Below are positions 11,433 through 22,192 of a stretch of DNA of 64,000 bases, in pieces. This DNA is from Histomonas meleagridis 2922-C6/04-290x (lineage: Eukaryota; Protista; Parabasalia). Numbering within the stretch: the stretch's first letter is position 1; every line of letters starts with the position of its first letter. The translations under genes were made by a program, and so were the position numbers. The notes beneath the pieces are model-generated. The model saw only the letters and a list, made by a program, of their open reading frames with translations, was not told where the DNA came from and ran no database searches. The stretch covers positions 96,520-160,519 of the forward strand of contig JAANOX010000104.1 in the NCBI GenBank assembly GCA_020184695.1, in the 5' to 3' direction.

Positions 11433-14400
11433 TTATTTTGAGTTTAATGTCCTCAAGAAGTCCATATTTGATTTTATATTACTTTCGCTTTTTTGTTCTC
11501 TTTTTCTTTTCACTTTTTCATCACTGATAAATTGCAATGTCAATGGAATTGGTGCGTAATCTCCTTCAGTTAAGTTAATTCTCGGCGACACTCTATTAAT
11601 AATTTTCCGATGTAATTCGATACCCAATGAAGAAAATGTTCGAACCCATTTTTCGATTTTATTTGGGAATTTCAATTCTTCTTCTTCTTTCAACTTATTA
11701 ATCATATCGAATTGACTTGCGAATGGCTGAACTTTTAACACATTTAATTGTTGATCTAATAAATTTGGTAATGTTCCCAAATCCATACAATTGGTAAACA
11801 TCGCATTAATTTCATTTTTATTATTAAATTTCGATAATTTAGTAATTATCGGACGAATTATTTCGCTCCATTTCGGGTTATTCTTTATTAATGAGATATC
11901 AATGATTGGATCGACGATTGTAACAATTTCTTTTATGAAATATAATGCTTCATTCATTGTAGTGATCATTTTCTTTGCAGAGTTAAATATAATTAAAATC
12001 GCTTGAATATTAATATCCAAATCTAAACTATTACTAAATTCCGAATTATATAAATTCTTTTGATTATTTATGAAATTCTTTTGTTTAGCATTATAACTAA
12101 TTCGTGTATTATATCCAATTCGTTTATAAGTATCAAACTTATGAACAATTATTCGTGATATTGTAAAAATTCGTTGTTTAAGTTGTTTAGAACCATTTTT
12201 TATCATTAATGAATAATGCCCTAAAACTCTATTTAAGACTTCATTATTAGTTCGAGATACCATTCGAAAGTCTTTCATATCAGAGTTATTATTATTATGG
12301 ATCAAAACACTTTTAATGAATTGTAAATCTTCTGTTTGAATGTTACTATTACCTAAAAAACTTTCAAATGTTTTCTTTGCTTTAGAATCAACTTCTAATT
12401 TACTTAAACATGTACGAAATGCTTTAATAAAATATTTCAATGCGTTTTCTTTAGTTATATAATTATCTAAACATAATTTATATAATGGTAACATCTTAGA
12501 AAAATATGTATCTGTTAAAACGGCGAAATCAAAAAATGAAATTATATAATCGAAACATAACATTTCATTATTAACAAAATGTCGAATAAATAATTTAAAA
12601 GTAGAATTAATATATTCGAAAATTGGTTCACGTGAATTTTTTTCATTTTTTAAAAAATATGATGTACTTCGATAAATACCTTTTAATAAATCAGTAATTA
12701 TCGAATTATCAATTATGTATTGTAAATTGTTTAATATGTTAATAGATATTAATGAATATTTTAAGTTCTTACATCCAATAACCCAACGCATTGCTTCAAA
12801 CGCCCAATTATTTATAGGGAACTCATTAAATATTGTTTTTTTACTCATTTCTAATAACTTCGTTTGTAGTTTTAACACAATAATTTTCAAATTTTTTGTT
12901 GTGTTATTAATTTGTATATATGGAATTTTTAATATTTTTGTGATAGTTTTATATAAATTTTCGGTGGAATTCGAATTAAATATTAATGAAAAATGTATTA
13001 ATAATGGTAAATATTTTAACATAAATGTTTTATTATGTTTTAATGATTTCGTAATAATAGTAACCATCCAAAACTCTTTCTCAAAATTCATTCCATTTTG
13101 ATATACTATAAAAGCATAAAAAGAAAATTGAAATCGTTGAATTAATCGATTTGATATTTCCTCAGGATATTTCGACAAAAGTCTCGAAAATATCATTAAC
13201 TTTAATTCAGGATCATTCGAATTCGACACGAAAATAGGAATAATTTCGGAATCTTTAGATATCTCAAATAATATATTCCACAATTCTAAAATATAATCAA
13301 AATCTTTACGATGATTACCAGTTAAATTTAATAATGATGTTAAAAACTCATGTCTTGTTAATCTTTTCTCAGTGGTAATAAAAGTAGGTATACAACCTGC
13401 TTGATTCGGTAACATTCTAAATAGTTTAATCCATGGTGATATTATATCGACCATTGATTTATAAGAACCTTTAAATTTAGGATTATTTACTATTTGTAAC
13501 CATGCAGCTACAATTTGTTCTGCAACACGTTCACCAAAATTCGTAATTATAGTTAAGACAATATCTTCCGAATTTAATAATTTTTGTTTAATTTCTTCAA
13601 ATTCATTTGTTTTTAAATATGTGCTTAAATATATTAATGAGAATTGTTGTAAATATTGCCGTGAATTTATAGTTCCTTTTAATAAATGATATAAACCTAC
13701 TAAAAATAAAGAACCATTATATTTAAGGAGAAATTGTGACTTAGATTTTAATGATTCTGTTGTTTCATTTTCATATGTAGGTAATATCGAATAAATGGTA
13801 TCAAAGAAAAATTCGGTATATTGATTATTCATTAAAAAACAAGACTCAATAAATATTTCTAAAAAAAACAAATGATGTTTTAAAAAAGGTGTTAAAACAT
13901 GATAACCAAAAGTTTCAGCTTTAGCTAAAGTTTTTACAATATTATTTGTAGACATTAAATTAAAATTATTACTTTTAAATATTGTCATTGTAGACACAAA
14001 ATTTAATAAAGCAAATGCAGCATAACGTTGAACTCTATTTAAGAATTTATTACATTTAAATTGTAATATTTGAATTAAGAACATAAAAATATTATATTTA
14101 TTTGATTCATTCGCTATGAAATCAGGAACATATTCAAACATTATAGTTATTGAATATAAGTAATATAGAAGATATTTTTTAACTTTTGATGATAAACAAA
14201 TTTGTTTATTTTTATATATATTTTTTATTCCTTTATTATTTAATGTTATATCATCAATAAAACTTTTTTTAATTTTATTAAAACAAATTGATAATATATT
14301 TACAAGTGGTTCATAAAAATCTTTTTTAGATATTGTATTACTATCATAATAACATAAATAATAATATACAACAGATAATATTTTATTCGTTACATCTTTT

Positions 14401-16940
14401 TTATTATTTGGTTTCTCAAATGAATGTTTTAATGTTTCCGAAAGATTTGGTGCTGAATTAGAATATGATAAATGTCCAACACCTTTAATAATAATTGATG
14501 ATAATATATTTAATATATGTGGAATTAAATTCGAATTCGCATGTTGAATTGCTTTAAATATTAATGATTTATTATTTTCATAATTAAATAATAATATCGA
14601 AATAACATTTAATATATTATAAACATAAATTTCCAAATATTTCTCTGTGGAAAATTTTGTTGTTAAATATAAATCTTGATTTTCATCATTATTATCAATC
14701 CTTAATGTAGATAATAATAATACTAAAAATCCAATTAAAAAATGATTTTCAATTGGTTTAATAGTTTTCGATAAATTATTAATCTCTTTTAATAATGGTG
14801 TATAATTAATAGATATTAAAAGTTTCCCTAATTCTGAGATATAATAAAGCCATGGAATTTGATAACGTGATGATAATGCATCCATAAAATGTAATATAAT
14901 ATCATTCGGTTCAGTAAACCAATGATGTTTTGGAATTCGATTTAATGTAATATTATGTGTAACATTAGATTCAATAGTAGGAATATGTGTTTCAAAATAT
15001 CCATAAAATCCTCCATTTTGTAATAATTTATTAACTTTTATTAATAATTGATACCCTAAAATTCTTAACATCGGATTTTCTGAGGTTAATCCCAAAAGTG
15101 CCACCAATTCTATTTTATTTTTAATTTTTAAAGATATATCTTGATTAAAATCATCGATAGTTTCACATAATAAAGATAAACAGACAAATATTACTGGGCT
15201 TTTTTGATAAAAAGTAATCATTTGTAATAAGCATTCTAAAATTTGATTTCTATGATCAGAACTTTTTAAGTTTTGATAACAAATTTGATAAGCAGGTTTT
15301 GAAATGGAAGAATCGGTTATTGCCGATAGCAAAATAATCTTTTGAATCCACTTATTTGAATGGCGCAACTGATATTTCAATAGATATGGCAAAATTTTTG
15401 TGATTTTCATTGATTGTATTGATCTTTTAGTAGTTGTCGAACTAATTTGAAAGTATGGACCAGGTTTTAACTTCCAAATATTAGAAAATAAATTACCAAC
15501 TATGTCAGTAGCAGTTTGAATTGTTTCATAATAAGGTTGGAAATCTTCATTTGATATTCCATAATTAGACATTAATTTAGTTACTTCAAGGATTTTATAT
15601 TCGATATTTTCGGAAATTTGATTAAAAAATAAGTCTTTGATTTCATTAGATAAATTATAATTATGTATCATAGGAACTATGGATAACATAACTAAAAATC
15701 GATCAAATGAATCATCTTCTAATGAAAAATTTAAAAATTGATTACAAACTTTTTCGAAAAATTGATGAAAATCAGTTAGTGCTAAATGTACTAAAATGTC
15801 TCTAATTATATTTGGACATGTACCAAAATATTTTGAATGATAAAAATATTTCATAAATAGATCAATAGAATAAAATTCATTGTTTAAACGTAAGTAATCA
15901 TATTCATTAGGACGATTTGTAGGTGTCCATGACCAAAAGACCATCTCTGGAGTTAATTCGAAATTACACATTCCATAAAGAAAGATTTTTGCGGCAATAT
16001 ACATTTCATTTTCAGAATGTGTAGCTAATGGAAAAATATGTTCTTCACAGAATTTGTTTATAATGTCTTTATCAGTATTAGTTTTGACTAATAAAAAGAC
16101 TTTAAGTTCTAATGCTCCTGGATATAATACGTTGCTTTCTTGAATTGAATCAGAGAGCGATTGAAAATAATTCAAATTTTTGGGGTCCCCCGGATATGTC
16201 ATGATTATAGTTGAAATAGATGAAAGTATTGATAATGTTAAATTACGGCGTTTACTATTAGAACGTTTTGTTAACGAAATAATTAAATCAAGAATGTCAT
16301 CAATTTGATTACTATTTGAATCTAACCGGAGATATTTTAATAAAACAAAAAATGAATCAGCTCTGTTAATAACATAATTTGAAATCTTTTGGTAAATGTC
16401 ACTGATGTAATTCTTTGAAATTAAAGAAAATATAACAGACCATTGATTTAATATTTTTTGACCAAGTTTTGTTGTAATTGTAGAAAATTGAAATGTGCAT
16501 AAATCTATCCCACAATCAATTAAGGGATTTGGATTAAATTCTTTTGATTCTGTGGAAATAATCGTGCAAATTAAATCACTAATTAAAAGAATTTCAAAAC
16601 ATTGATCAAGTTCTTGATAATATTTAATAAGAGGCTTTAATTCTTGTGGCAGGTCTAATTTATTAAATAAACGATATTTACCATATCTTATTGCTAATAA
16701 CATTTTTGAAATAAATAATAAAACATTAGAAACATCATACAAAGCAGTCTTAGATAATGTCGTGATAAAAGATGAATATTGTGGAAGTTCCCTAAAATAA
16801 TTACTGAAAAATTGGATTAATAATTGGATATTTGATGAATTCTCTGCTGCTTGCCATTTAGAAAGTTCTTGATTAATTATCTTATCAAGATATTCAACTA
16901 ACTTTCCCATTACAAAATGAAATATATATGGTTTAGACAT
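11433..16940 (-). CDS. Large HEAT/ARM scaffold, Furry/Tao3/Mor2 (cell morphogenesis)-like
   Basis: 1835-aa helical ORF. N-terminal LCTFQF..LNQWSVIFSLISK..FFVLLKYLRLD and later WPIIE-like (FWMVTII) and WAFEAMRWVIGC...SINILN segments recall the MOR2-PAG1 N/C domains; recalled similarity only. Confidence 0.5.
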   Translation of the reverse strand: MSKPYIFHFVMGKLVEYLDKIINQELSKWQAAENSSNIQLLIQFFSNYFRELPQYSSFITTLSKTALYDVSNVLLFISKMLLAIRYGKYRLFNKLDLPQELKPLIKYYQELDQCFEILLISDLICTIISTESKEFNPNPLIDCGIDLCTFQFSTITTKLGQKILNQWSVIFSLISKNYISDIYQKISNYVINRADSFFVLLKYLRLDSNSNQIDDILDLIISLTKRSNSKRRNLTLSILSSISTIIMTYPGDPKNLNYFQSLSDSIQESNVLYPGALELKVFLLVKTNTDKDIINKFCEEHIFPLATHSENEMYIAAKIFLYGMCNFELTPEMVFWSWTPTNRPNEYDYLRLNNEFYSIDLFMKYFYHSKYFGTCPNIIRDILVHLALTDFHQFFEKVCNQFLNFSLEDDSFDRFLVMLSIVPMIHNYNLSNEIKDLFFNQISENIEYKILEVTKLMSNYGISNEDFQPYYETIQTATDIVGNLFSNIWKLKPGPYFQISSTTTKRSIQSMKITKILPYLLKYQLRHSNKWIQKIILLSAITDSSISKPAYQICYQNLKSSDHRNQILECLLQMITFYQKSPVIFVCLSLLCETIDDFNQDISLKIKNKIELVALLGLTSENPMLRILGYQLLIKVNKLLQNGGFYGYFETHIPTIESNVTHNITLNRIPKHHWFTEPNDIILHFMDALSSRYQIPWLYYISELGKLLISINYTPLLKEINNLSKTIKPIENHFLIGFLVLLLSTLRIDNNDENQDLYLTTKFSTEKYLEIYVYNILNVISILLFNYENNKSLIFKAIQHANSNLIPHILNILSSIIIKGVGHLSYSNSAPNLSETLKHSFEKPNNKKDVTNKILSVVYYYLCYYDSNTISKKDFYEPLVNILSICFNKIKKSFIDDITLNNKGIKNIYKNKQICLSSKVKKYLLYYLYSITIMFEYVPDFIANESNKYNIFMFLIQILQFKCNKFLNRVQRYAAFALLNFVSTMTIFKSNNFNLMSTNNIVKTLAKAETFGYHVLTPFLKHHLFFLEIFIESCFLMNNQYTEFFFDTIYSILPTYENETTESLKSKSQFLLKYNGSLFLVGLYHLLKGTINSRQYLQQFSLIYLSTYLKTNEFEEIKQKLLNSEDIVLTIITNFGERVAEQIVAAWLQIVNNPKFKGSYKSMVDIISPWIKLFRMLPNQAGCIPTFITTEKRLTRHEFLTSLLNLTGNHRKDFDYILELWNILFEISKDSEIIPIFVSNSNDPELKLMIFSRLLSKYPEEISNRLIQRFQFSFYAFIVYQNGMNFEKEFWMVTIITKSLKHNKTFMLKYLPLLIHFSLIFNSNSTENLYKTITKILKIPYIQINNTTKNLKIIVLKLQTKLLEMSKKTIFNEFPINNWAFEAMRWVIGCKNLKYSLISINILNNLQYIIDNSIITDLLKGIYRSTSYFLKNEKNSREPIFEYINSTFKLFIRHFVNNEMLCFDYIISFFDFAVLTDTYFSKMLPLYKLCLDNYITKENALKYFIKAFRTCLSKLEVDSKAKKTFESFLGNSNIQTEDLQFIKSVLIHNNNNSDMKDFRMVSRTNNEVLNRVLGHYSLMIKNGSKQLKQRIFTISRIIVHKFDTYKRIGYNTRISYNAKQKNFINNQKNLYNSEFSNSLDLDINIQAILIIFNSAKKMITTMNEALYFIKEIVTIVDPIIDISLIKNNPKWSEIIRPIITKLSKFNNKNEINAMFTNCMDLGTLPNLLDQQLNVLKVQPFASQFDMINKLKEEEELKFPNKIEKWVRTFSSLGIELHRKIINRVSPRINLTEGDYAPIPLTLQFISDEKVKRKREQKSESNIKSNMDFLRTLNSK

Positions 16941-17002
16941 TTTTTAAGTAGTAGAAGAATTAACGCTAACATTTTGGGGTGCCTTATTTTTAAAAAACAA
17001 AA

Positions 17003-17701
17003 ATGGAAACAAATAAAGAATTTAATTTAAAATTAATAAAAATACTCATAAATTATGGGCGTATTTCAAGTGCAATTGGTGTTTTTCACGAAGTTATTCA
17101 ATTAAATCCTAAACTTAATGAAAAAGAAAGATCATTATTAATTAATACATATAAAAATTTGTTCAACAAAAAAAGAAAAGCAATGAATATTTTAGAAACA
17201 GAAATGAAAAATAAGTCTGAAAAAGATAATGAAAAAAATGAAATAATTAAAGCATGTCATGAAATAATATTAAATGAAATGAAAAACATTTATTATGAAA
17301 TAATTAAAATAATTGATGAAAAATTATTACCTAGTGCTGAAAATTTAGAAGCTAAAATAATATATTTAAAAATGAAAGCAGATTTTTCTCGTTATGTATG
17401 TGAATATATTGAAGAAAAAGATAAAAAATTATTTATAGAAAAGGCTGAATTATTTTATAATGAATCCATATCATTAACAAAAAATGTTTTTCCTAAAAAT
17501 AGTTCAATTGTTTTGGGATTGATTTTAAATTATTCTGTTTTTATGTATGAGATTCAAAATAATAAAAATGAAGCAATTTCGTTATTGCAAAATACAGTTA
17601 ATGAATGTTTAAAATCTATAAATGATATTGAAGATATTGATTCAAATACTAGGACTTTGTTGCAAATGATATTTGATAATATAACCATTTGGAGTACTTA
17701 A
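17003..17701 (+). CDS. Divergent 14-3-3 family protein
   Basis: LNEKERSLLINTYKN, YLKMKADFSRY, IVLGLILNYSVFMYEI, TRTLLQMIFDNITIWS motifs. Confidence 0.9.
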   Translation: METNKEFNLKLIKILINYGRISSAIGVFHEVIQLNPKLNEKERSLLINTYKNLFNKKRKAMNILETEMKNKSEKDNEKNEIIKACHEIILNEMKNIYYEIIKIIDEKLLPSAENLEAKIIYLKMKADFSRYVCEYIEEKDKKLFIEKAELFYNESISLTKNVFPKNSSIVLGLILNYSVFMYEIQNNKNEAISLLQNTVNECLKSINDIEDIDSNTRTLLQMIFDNITIWST

Positions 17702-17849
17702 TATCTTATGTAAAAAACATAAATTTCTAATTTTAGTTATGTTTAGACCATTTAAATCCTTTATCAATATATAGTTTAATTCTTTGTTAGTTATGCACGA
17801 ATCTTGAATAATTTTGGAAGAAAAAAATAATTGTTTAAAATTAAAAAAA

Positions 17850-17921
17850 CTCGCTGACCGGGAATCGAACCCGGATCACAGGAACGACAATCCTACATGA
17901 TAACCATTACACTATCAGCGA
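17850..17921 (-). tRNA. tRNA-Asp (anticodon GTC)
   Basis: Minus strand TCGCTGA TAGTGTAATGGTTATCATG TAGGA TT GTC GT TCCTG TGAT CCGGG TTCGATT CCCGG TCAGCGA G. It has a 7-bp acceptor stem, a T-loop TTCGA and discriminator G, followed by an oligo-T Pol III terminator at 17843-17849. Confidence 0.97.
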
Positions 17922-18149
17922 ACTTGAGAACTAAACTCAAAGATAATATTTGTTAATTACTTTAATGAAATGTTTTTTATGTTATAATTTTAATTTTGAA
18001 AGTTGGTTATGTTTATTTCAAATTTTTTTTTCCCACAGTGTTTTTTTCATATGACATCTTGTTTAATATAAATAATGAATTGAGATTAATAGATTAGGAT
18101 GAAATTTTTGACGAAGTGCATATATTTGATATTTTTATTTCAATCTCTT

Positions 18150-18740
18150 TTATTGAATAGTACAACAACAATCTTCTTGTCTATAATTATTATGGTAATA
18201 ATTATTGTTGTAGTTATTTGGCGTGTTGTATGCTATCCGAGGATTGTTTCTTTGGAGGTATTCAATCATTTGTTGTATTTCACGAAGTGGACCATAATAA
18301 TAACTTGCCATCCAGTTAATAGTGAACGCCATTATTTTTAGACTCTTGACTTGTTTTCCAGCAATAACAAATGTTCTGGAAACAGCAACAGAAACATTTG
18401 TATTCGTAATTTCATAGAATTTATTTGTTGAGTTTCCACACAGTTCTGGGGCTTGAATCATGACACCATTTTCAACGAAGATTTTTGGATCTAAAATTAA
18501 AGCAAGACTTAGAACTGCTCGAATATCTTCTGCATTTAGTCGATCATAATTTCTATAGTCGTGAAGCCTATAAGGTATACCAAAGCTAATAAGATTCTCA
18601 CAACAATCGAGGTAATACATCAATTTCCCAATACAATCATTTGGTACTTGAGTTGAATACCCAGTTGTTTTGACAGATATTTGATTACCAGTTGCAATGC
18701 CAATGGGTTCATTTCTTACGAGGCTCGTTCGAAGTGCCAT
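18150..18740 (-). CDS. Hypothetical protein ending in CCCTIQ (CaaX-like lipidation motif)
   Basis: First in-frame ATG at 18740 (the ORF track starts at a TTG). Globular region, Asn/Tyr-rich linker and terminal EDCCCTIQ*. Confidence 0.75.
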   Translation of the reverse strand: MALRTSLVRNEPIGIATGNQISVKTTGYSTQVPNDCIGKLMYYLDCCENLISFGIPYRLHDYRNYDRLNAEDIRAVLSLALILDPKIFVENGVMIQAPELCGNSTNKFYEITNTNVSVAVSRTFVIAGKQVKSLKIMAFTINWMASYYYGPLREIQQMIEYLQRNNPRIAYNTPNNYNNNYYHNNYRQEDCCCTIQ

Positions 18741-18861
18741 TTTCAAATACGAATTTGAAAAATTTTAGTGTTTGAGAGAGTGATATCACAAACAAAGGAA
18801 AAATTGATTGAAAAATTGTACTGAAATGAGGTGATTTGAATAAAAAATCTGTCGGTTATAA

Positions 18862-19134
18862 CCACCAGACGAATTTTAACCCCAACTGCTTGTGTAAAAA
18901 CGGTTTATTATTCAATTAAAATTGCATGCAGCTGTTCAATTCGGTCGGTTCCCAGGCTCCAACAAGCTTAATTTTTTCTTTGAGTTATGTCAAATTGAAT
19001 GCAATTACACTTAAAACTTGAGGCTTCACAAAAACATATGACTGTTGGCTTTTTCCGAGGTGAAAAAACTTGTCTCTGATGGGTATACCCATTTATTAAT
19101 CGGCACAACTTTCCCCCACCAGACGAATTTTAAC
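18862..19134. repeat. Exact 19-bp direct repeat CCACCAGACGAATTTTAAC (18862-18880 and 19116-19134) bounding an intergenic segment
   Basis: Both copies read directly; perfect 14-bp palindrome ATGGGTATACCCAT at 19079-19092 between them. Confidence 0.85.
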
Positions 19135-19151
19135 GGTCTTCGTCCAGCCTT

Positions 19152-19856
19152 ATGCAAACCACAGATTTCAACACCAATTTTATTGGCCTTTATAAATCAT
19201 TTGCACTCCTAGCTGAAATCCTCGTTACAGCATTTTTTGTTGCTCGTTTTACTACTGTTTCATCTGAAGTAATTCGAAAATTTATCCACATTGGTGTATC
19301 AAATTGGTGGTTTATTCTAGATAAATATTTTACTGGATTTTGGTTTTCAATTCTTGGTCCGTGCTTATTTATTATATTAAATTCAGCAGCTACTTTCTTA
19401 GGCTGGACAAAATTTTTTAAAATGAATGAAAGAAAAAGGAATTATGGCCTTATATATTTCCCATGTACTCTATTAATTTTAATTATTTTATATTATCAAA
19501 ATGTTATTCCAAAATATGTTATTGGAATTTCAACATTAATAATGGGATATGGGGATGGCCTTGCTGCTGTAATTGGTAAAAAATTTGGGAGAAAAGTCAT
19601 AAACCCAAATATTAACAAAAAAACATATGTTGGTTCATTCACAATGTTTATTTTTTCTCTTTTCATCCTTTACTTGTTTTCATGTTACTACAATCTTGAA
19701 TGGTTTCAATCGTTACACAAGTGCGGTGTGATGATGCTGATTTCGTTTTTAGCAACATTCATTGAGTTTATCACTCCTTATGGTTTAGATAACCTAACTG
19801 TTCCGCTATGTGTTGCTTTTATGTTATGTGTTACCGAAAAGATCTTGGCAAATTAA
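19152..19856 (+). CDS. Phytol/dolichol-kinase-like CTP-dependent membrane kinase (SEC59/DGK1/VTE5 family)
   Basis: RKFIHIGVSNWW, MGYGDGLAAVIGKKFG, KKTYVGS and GLDNLTVP motifs; highly hydrophobic. Confidence 0.85.
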   Translation: MQTTDFNTNFIGLYKSFALLAEILVTAFFVARFTTVSSEVIRKFIHIGVSNWWFILDKYFTGFWFSILGPCLFIILNSAATFLGWTKFFKMNERKRNYGLIYFPCTLLILIILYYQNVIPKYVIGISTLIMGYGDGLAAVIGKKFGRKVINPNINKKTYVGSFTMFIFSLFILYLFSCYYNLEWFQSLHKCGVMMLISFLATFIEFITPYGLDNLTVPLCVAFMLCVTEKILAN

Positions 19857-20216
19857 ATATTATATTGTAAAAATTCTATCCCGACTTTTTCATTTTTTGA
19901 AATTGTGCTGACTTTAAAAACGAATAACAGATATATGGTAAAAAAATTTTATTATGTATTTATATTTCAATATTATTCAAACGTGTGCCTGATATGTATG
20001 TGTCTTTACAATCTAAAAATTAAAATTATTTTTATGTGGAAAGAATTTTGTAAAAAATCCAAACACAGAAATTTCAAGCATTCATATTTTCAAATGAACA
20101 TTATATTCTTAAATAAAACCATGATCATGACCATTTAAACCATTTGTACAGAAAGTTATGTTGATGAATTGCATATTTTCAATCATTTTATGTTATTACA
20201 AAAATTATTTGACTTA

Positions 20217-20349
20217 GGGTTGGCAATGAAAGGAATTTGGACTCAAAATGGAGGGGGAAAAAGAATAGGTGGACCGTTAAAAATACGTTATCCCCACTTA
20301 TGCTTTTTCCCCCTCCATTTTGAGTCCAAATTCCTTTCATTGCCAACCC
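20217..20349. repeat. Perfect 47-bp inverted repeat with a 39-nt spacer (MITE/fold-back-like)
   Basis: Left arm 20217-20263 GGGTTGGCAATGAAAGGAATTTGGACTCAAAATGGAGGGGGAAAAAG; right arm 20303-20349 is its exact reverse complement. Confidence 0.9.
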
Positions 20350-20474
20350 GAGTGAAATAAACAATTAAGATAAAAAGGTATAATTTATAAATCAGAGCAC
20401 TGCAGTGCCAAAATAGATTGAAGCATCGCTGAAAATTCAATTAAAACGGTTTTTCATGGCTTGCCTTAATTTAT

Positions 20475-21959
20475 ATGGCTTCCCCAACAACGATTTATGT
20501 AGGCGATCTTCCTATTGATATGGAAGAGAGAAAAACTCTCGTTACAGAAGACTTCTTGAGAAGTCTTTTCAGAGAAGCAGGAACAATTCTTCCAGCACCA
20601 CAAGGAGTTATAATCAGGCAACGCGAAGATCGTAATGGTGTCCCATATGCATTTGCTTTCATAACATTCGAAACTCGTGAAATGGCTGAAAAAGCTATAT
20701 CTGATTTCAACTATACAAAATTAGAAAATCAACCAATTCGTATTTCTGTGGTAGACCCTGAAACGCGTAAGATTAGAAAGAGTGGTCTTGGTAATCTTTT
20801 CATCAAGAACCTTGATCCATCAATTGAAGTTTCGCAATTACATGAAGCTTTTGCCAACTTTGGTGAAATTATCTCATGCAAGATTCCTACTGATTTAAAT
20901 AGTCAAGGAGAGCTGGTTTCACGTGGCTATGGTTATGTTCAATTCCGCAATCCAGAAGATGCCCAACAAGCCATCTCAGATCTGAAGGAAGCCACAATCA
21001 ATGGCCGCCCAATTACCATTGAACCTTTTAGACGTCGCCAAAGGGTTAAGCCAGAAGAAACATATCAAAATGTATACATCAAGAATCTTCCACCATCCAT
21101 TAAAACTAATGAAGATCTTGCCAAGATCTTTTCCGCATATGGTGATGTTCAAAGTGCCTATATTTCCATCAAAGATGGTAAGCCACTTCCATTTGGATTT
21201 TGCAATATGACCACCCACGAAGCTGCTGTTTCAGCTGTTGAAGCTCTCAATGGCAAAGAACTTGAAGGATGTGTTCTCTTTGCTTGCCGAGCCATGAAAA
21301 AGAATGAACGTCTTCAAGCATTACATGAGTCATCAGAAAAATGGCGTAAGTCTAACTTTGAGAAGTACAAAGGCAGGAATCTTTATGTACGTGGCTTTGA
21401 TAAACAAATGACTGATGATCGCCTCAAAGAAATCTTTTCTGAATTTGGCGAAATTGAATCGTACACGATCAAGCGCGATGAAAGTGGCAACTCACGTGAG
21501 TTTGGATTCGTCTGTTACAAGAAAGCTGAAGATGCCGCAAAGTGCATCAAAGAATCCGTTAAGTTGACATATGACGGAAAACCGTTTTACGTTGCCAAAG
21601 TTATGCCACGTGATGAACGTATTAAGTATTTACACAACCAACGTGCAAATATTATGGCACAACATGCTGGTAATAAGCAATTAATGAATGCAATGCCAGG
21701 ATCTACATTAAATAATAATCCATTGCCAATGCCAATGCAATACATTCCTCAAATGAATAGCGAGCAACAACAAATTATGTTTGCACAACCTATGATGTAC
21801 GCACAGCCTTCAATTAGGGATAAACTCAAAAGCGAAATTTATGATAAAAAAGGTCCGAATTCTCAAGTTTTTATTCAAAGAATTAAGGATATTTCAGATG
21901 AACAAATTAATTTATTACTTTTGGACCAAGAATTATTAGAAAAATGGTTATCAAAATAA
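20475..21959 (+). CDS. Polyadenylate-binding protein-like (4 RRMs, Q/M/P-rich linker, short degenerate C-terminal domain)
   Basis: IYVGDL, YAFAFITF, RKSGLGNLFIKNLDPSI, SRGYGYVQF, NVYIKNL, NLYVRGF and SREFGFVCY RNP motifs in PABP order. Confidence 0.85.
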   Translation: MASPTTIYVGDLPIDMEERKTLVTEDFLRSLFREAGTILPAPQGVIIRQREDRNGVPYAFAFITFETREMAEKAISDFNYTKLENQPIRISVVDPETRKIRKSGLGNLFIKNLDPSIEVSQLHEAFANFGEIISCKIPTDLNSQGELVSRGYGYVQFRNPEDAQQAISDLKEATINGRPITIEPFRRRQRVKPEETYQNVYIKNLPPSIKTNEDLAKIFSAYGDVQSAYISIKDGKPLPFGFCNMTTHEAAVSAVEALNGKELEGCVLFACRAMKKNERLQALHESSEKWRKSNFEKYKGRNLYVRGFDKQMTDDRLKEIFSEFGEIESYTIKRDESGNSREFGFVCYKKAEDAAKCIKESVKLTYDGKPFYVAKVMPRDERIKYLHNQRANIMAQHAGNKQLMNAMPGSTLNNNPLPMPMQYIPQMNSEQQQIMFAQPMMYAQPSIRDKLKSEIYDKKGPNSQVFIQRIKDISDEQINLLLLDQELLEKWLSK

Positions 21960-22192
21960 AGAAATAAAATAATTAGTAAATGGCTTTTAAACCCATTTTT
22001 TTCAAATGTTCGGAAAGAATAATGTTCATAATTGGACGATTTGTTTATCATGTGATATTTATAGGATGAAAACATTCATTTTTTATTCGCTGTGATGGGT
22101 ATTCAATATGCGATAATTTTTCTATGTGCTAGCACAGAAAAATCACCAAACGATAAATTTTCAAAGATGCTCTTTTTGCTTCACATTCTTTA

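Noticed and set aside
18850-19140. RNase P/MRP RNA (GGGGAAAGTTGTG on the minus strand resembles CR-I)
   Set aside because: I could not find a matching CR-V/P4 partner strand, so it is kept only as an unexplained repeat-bounded segment.
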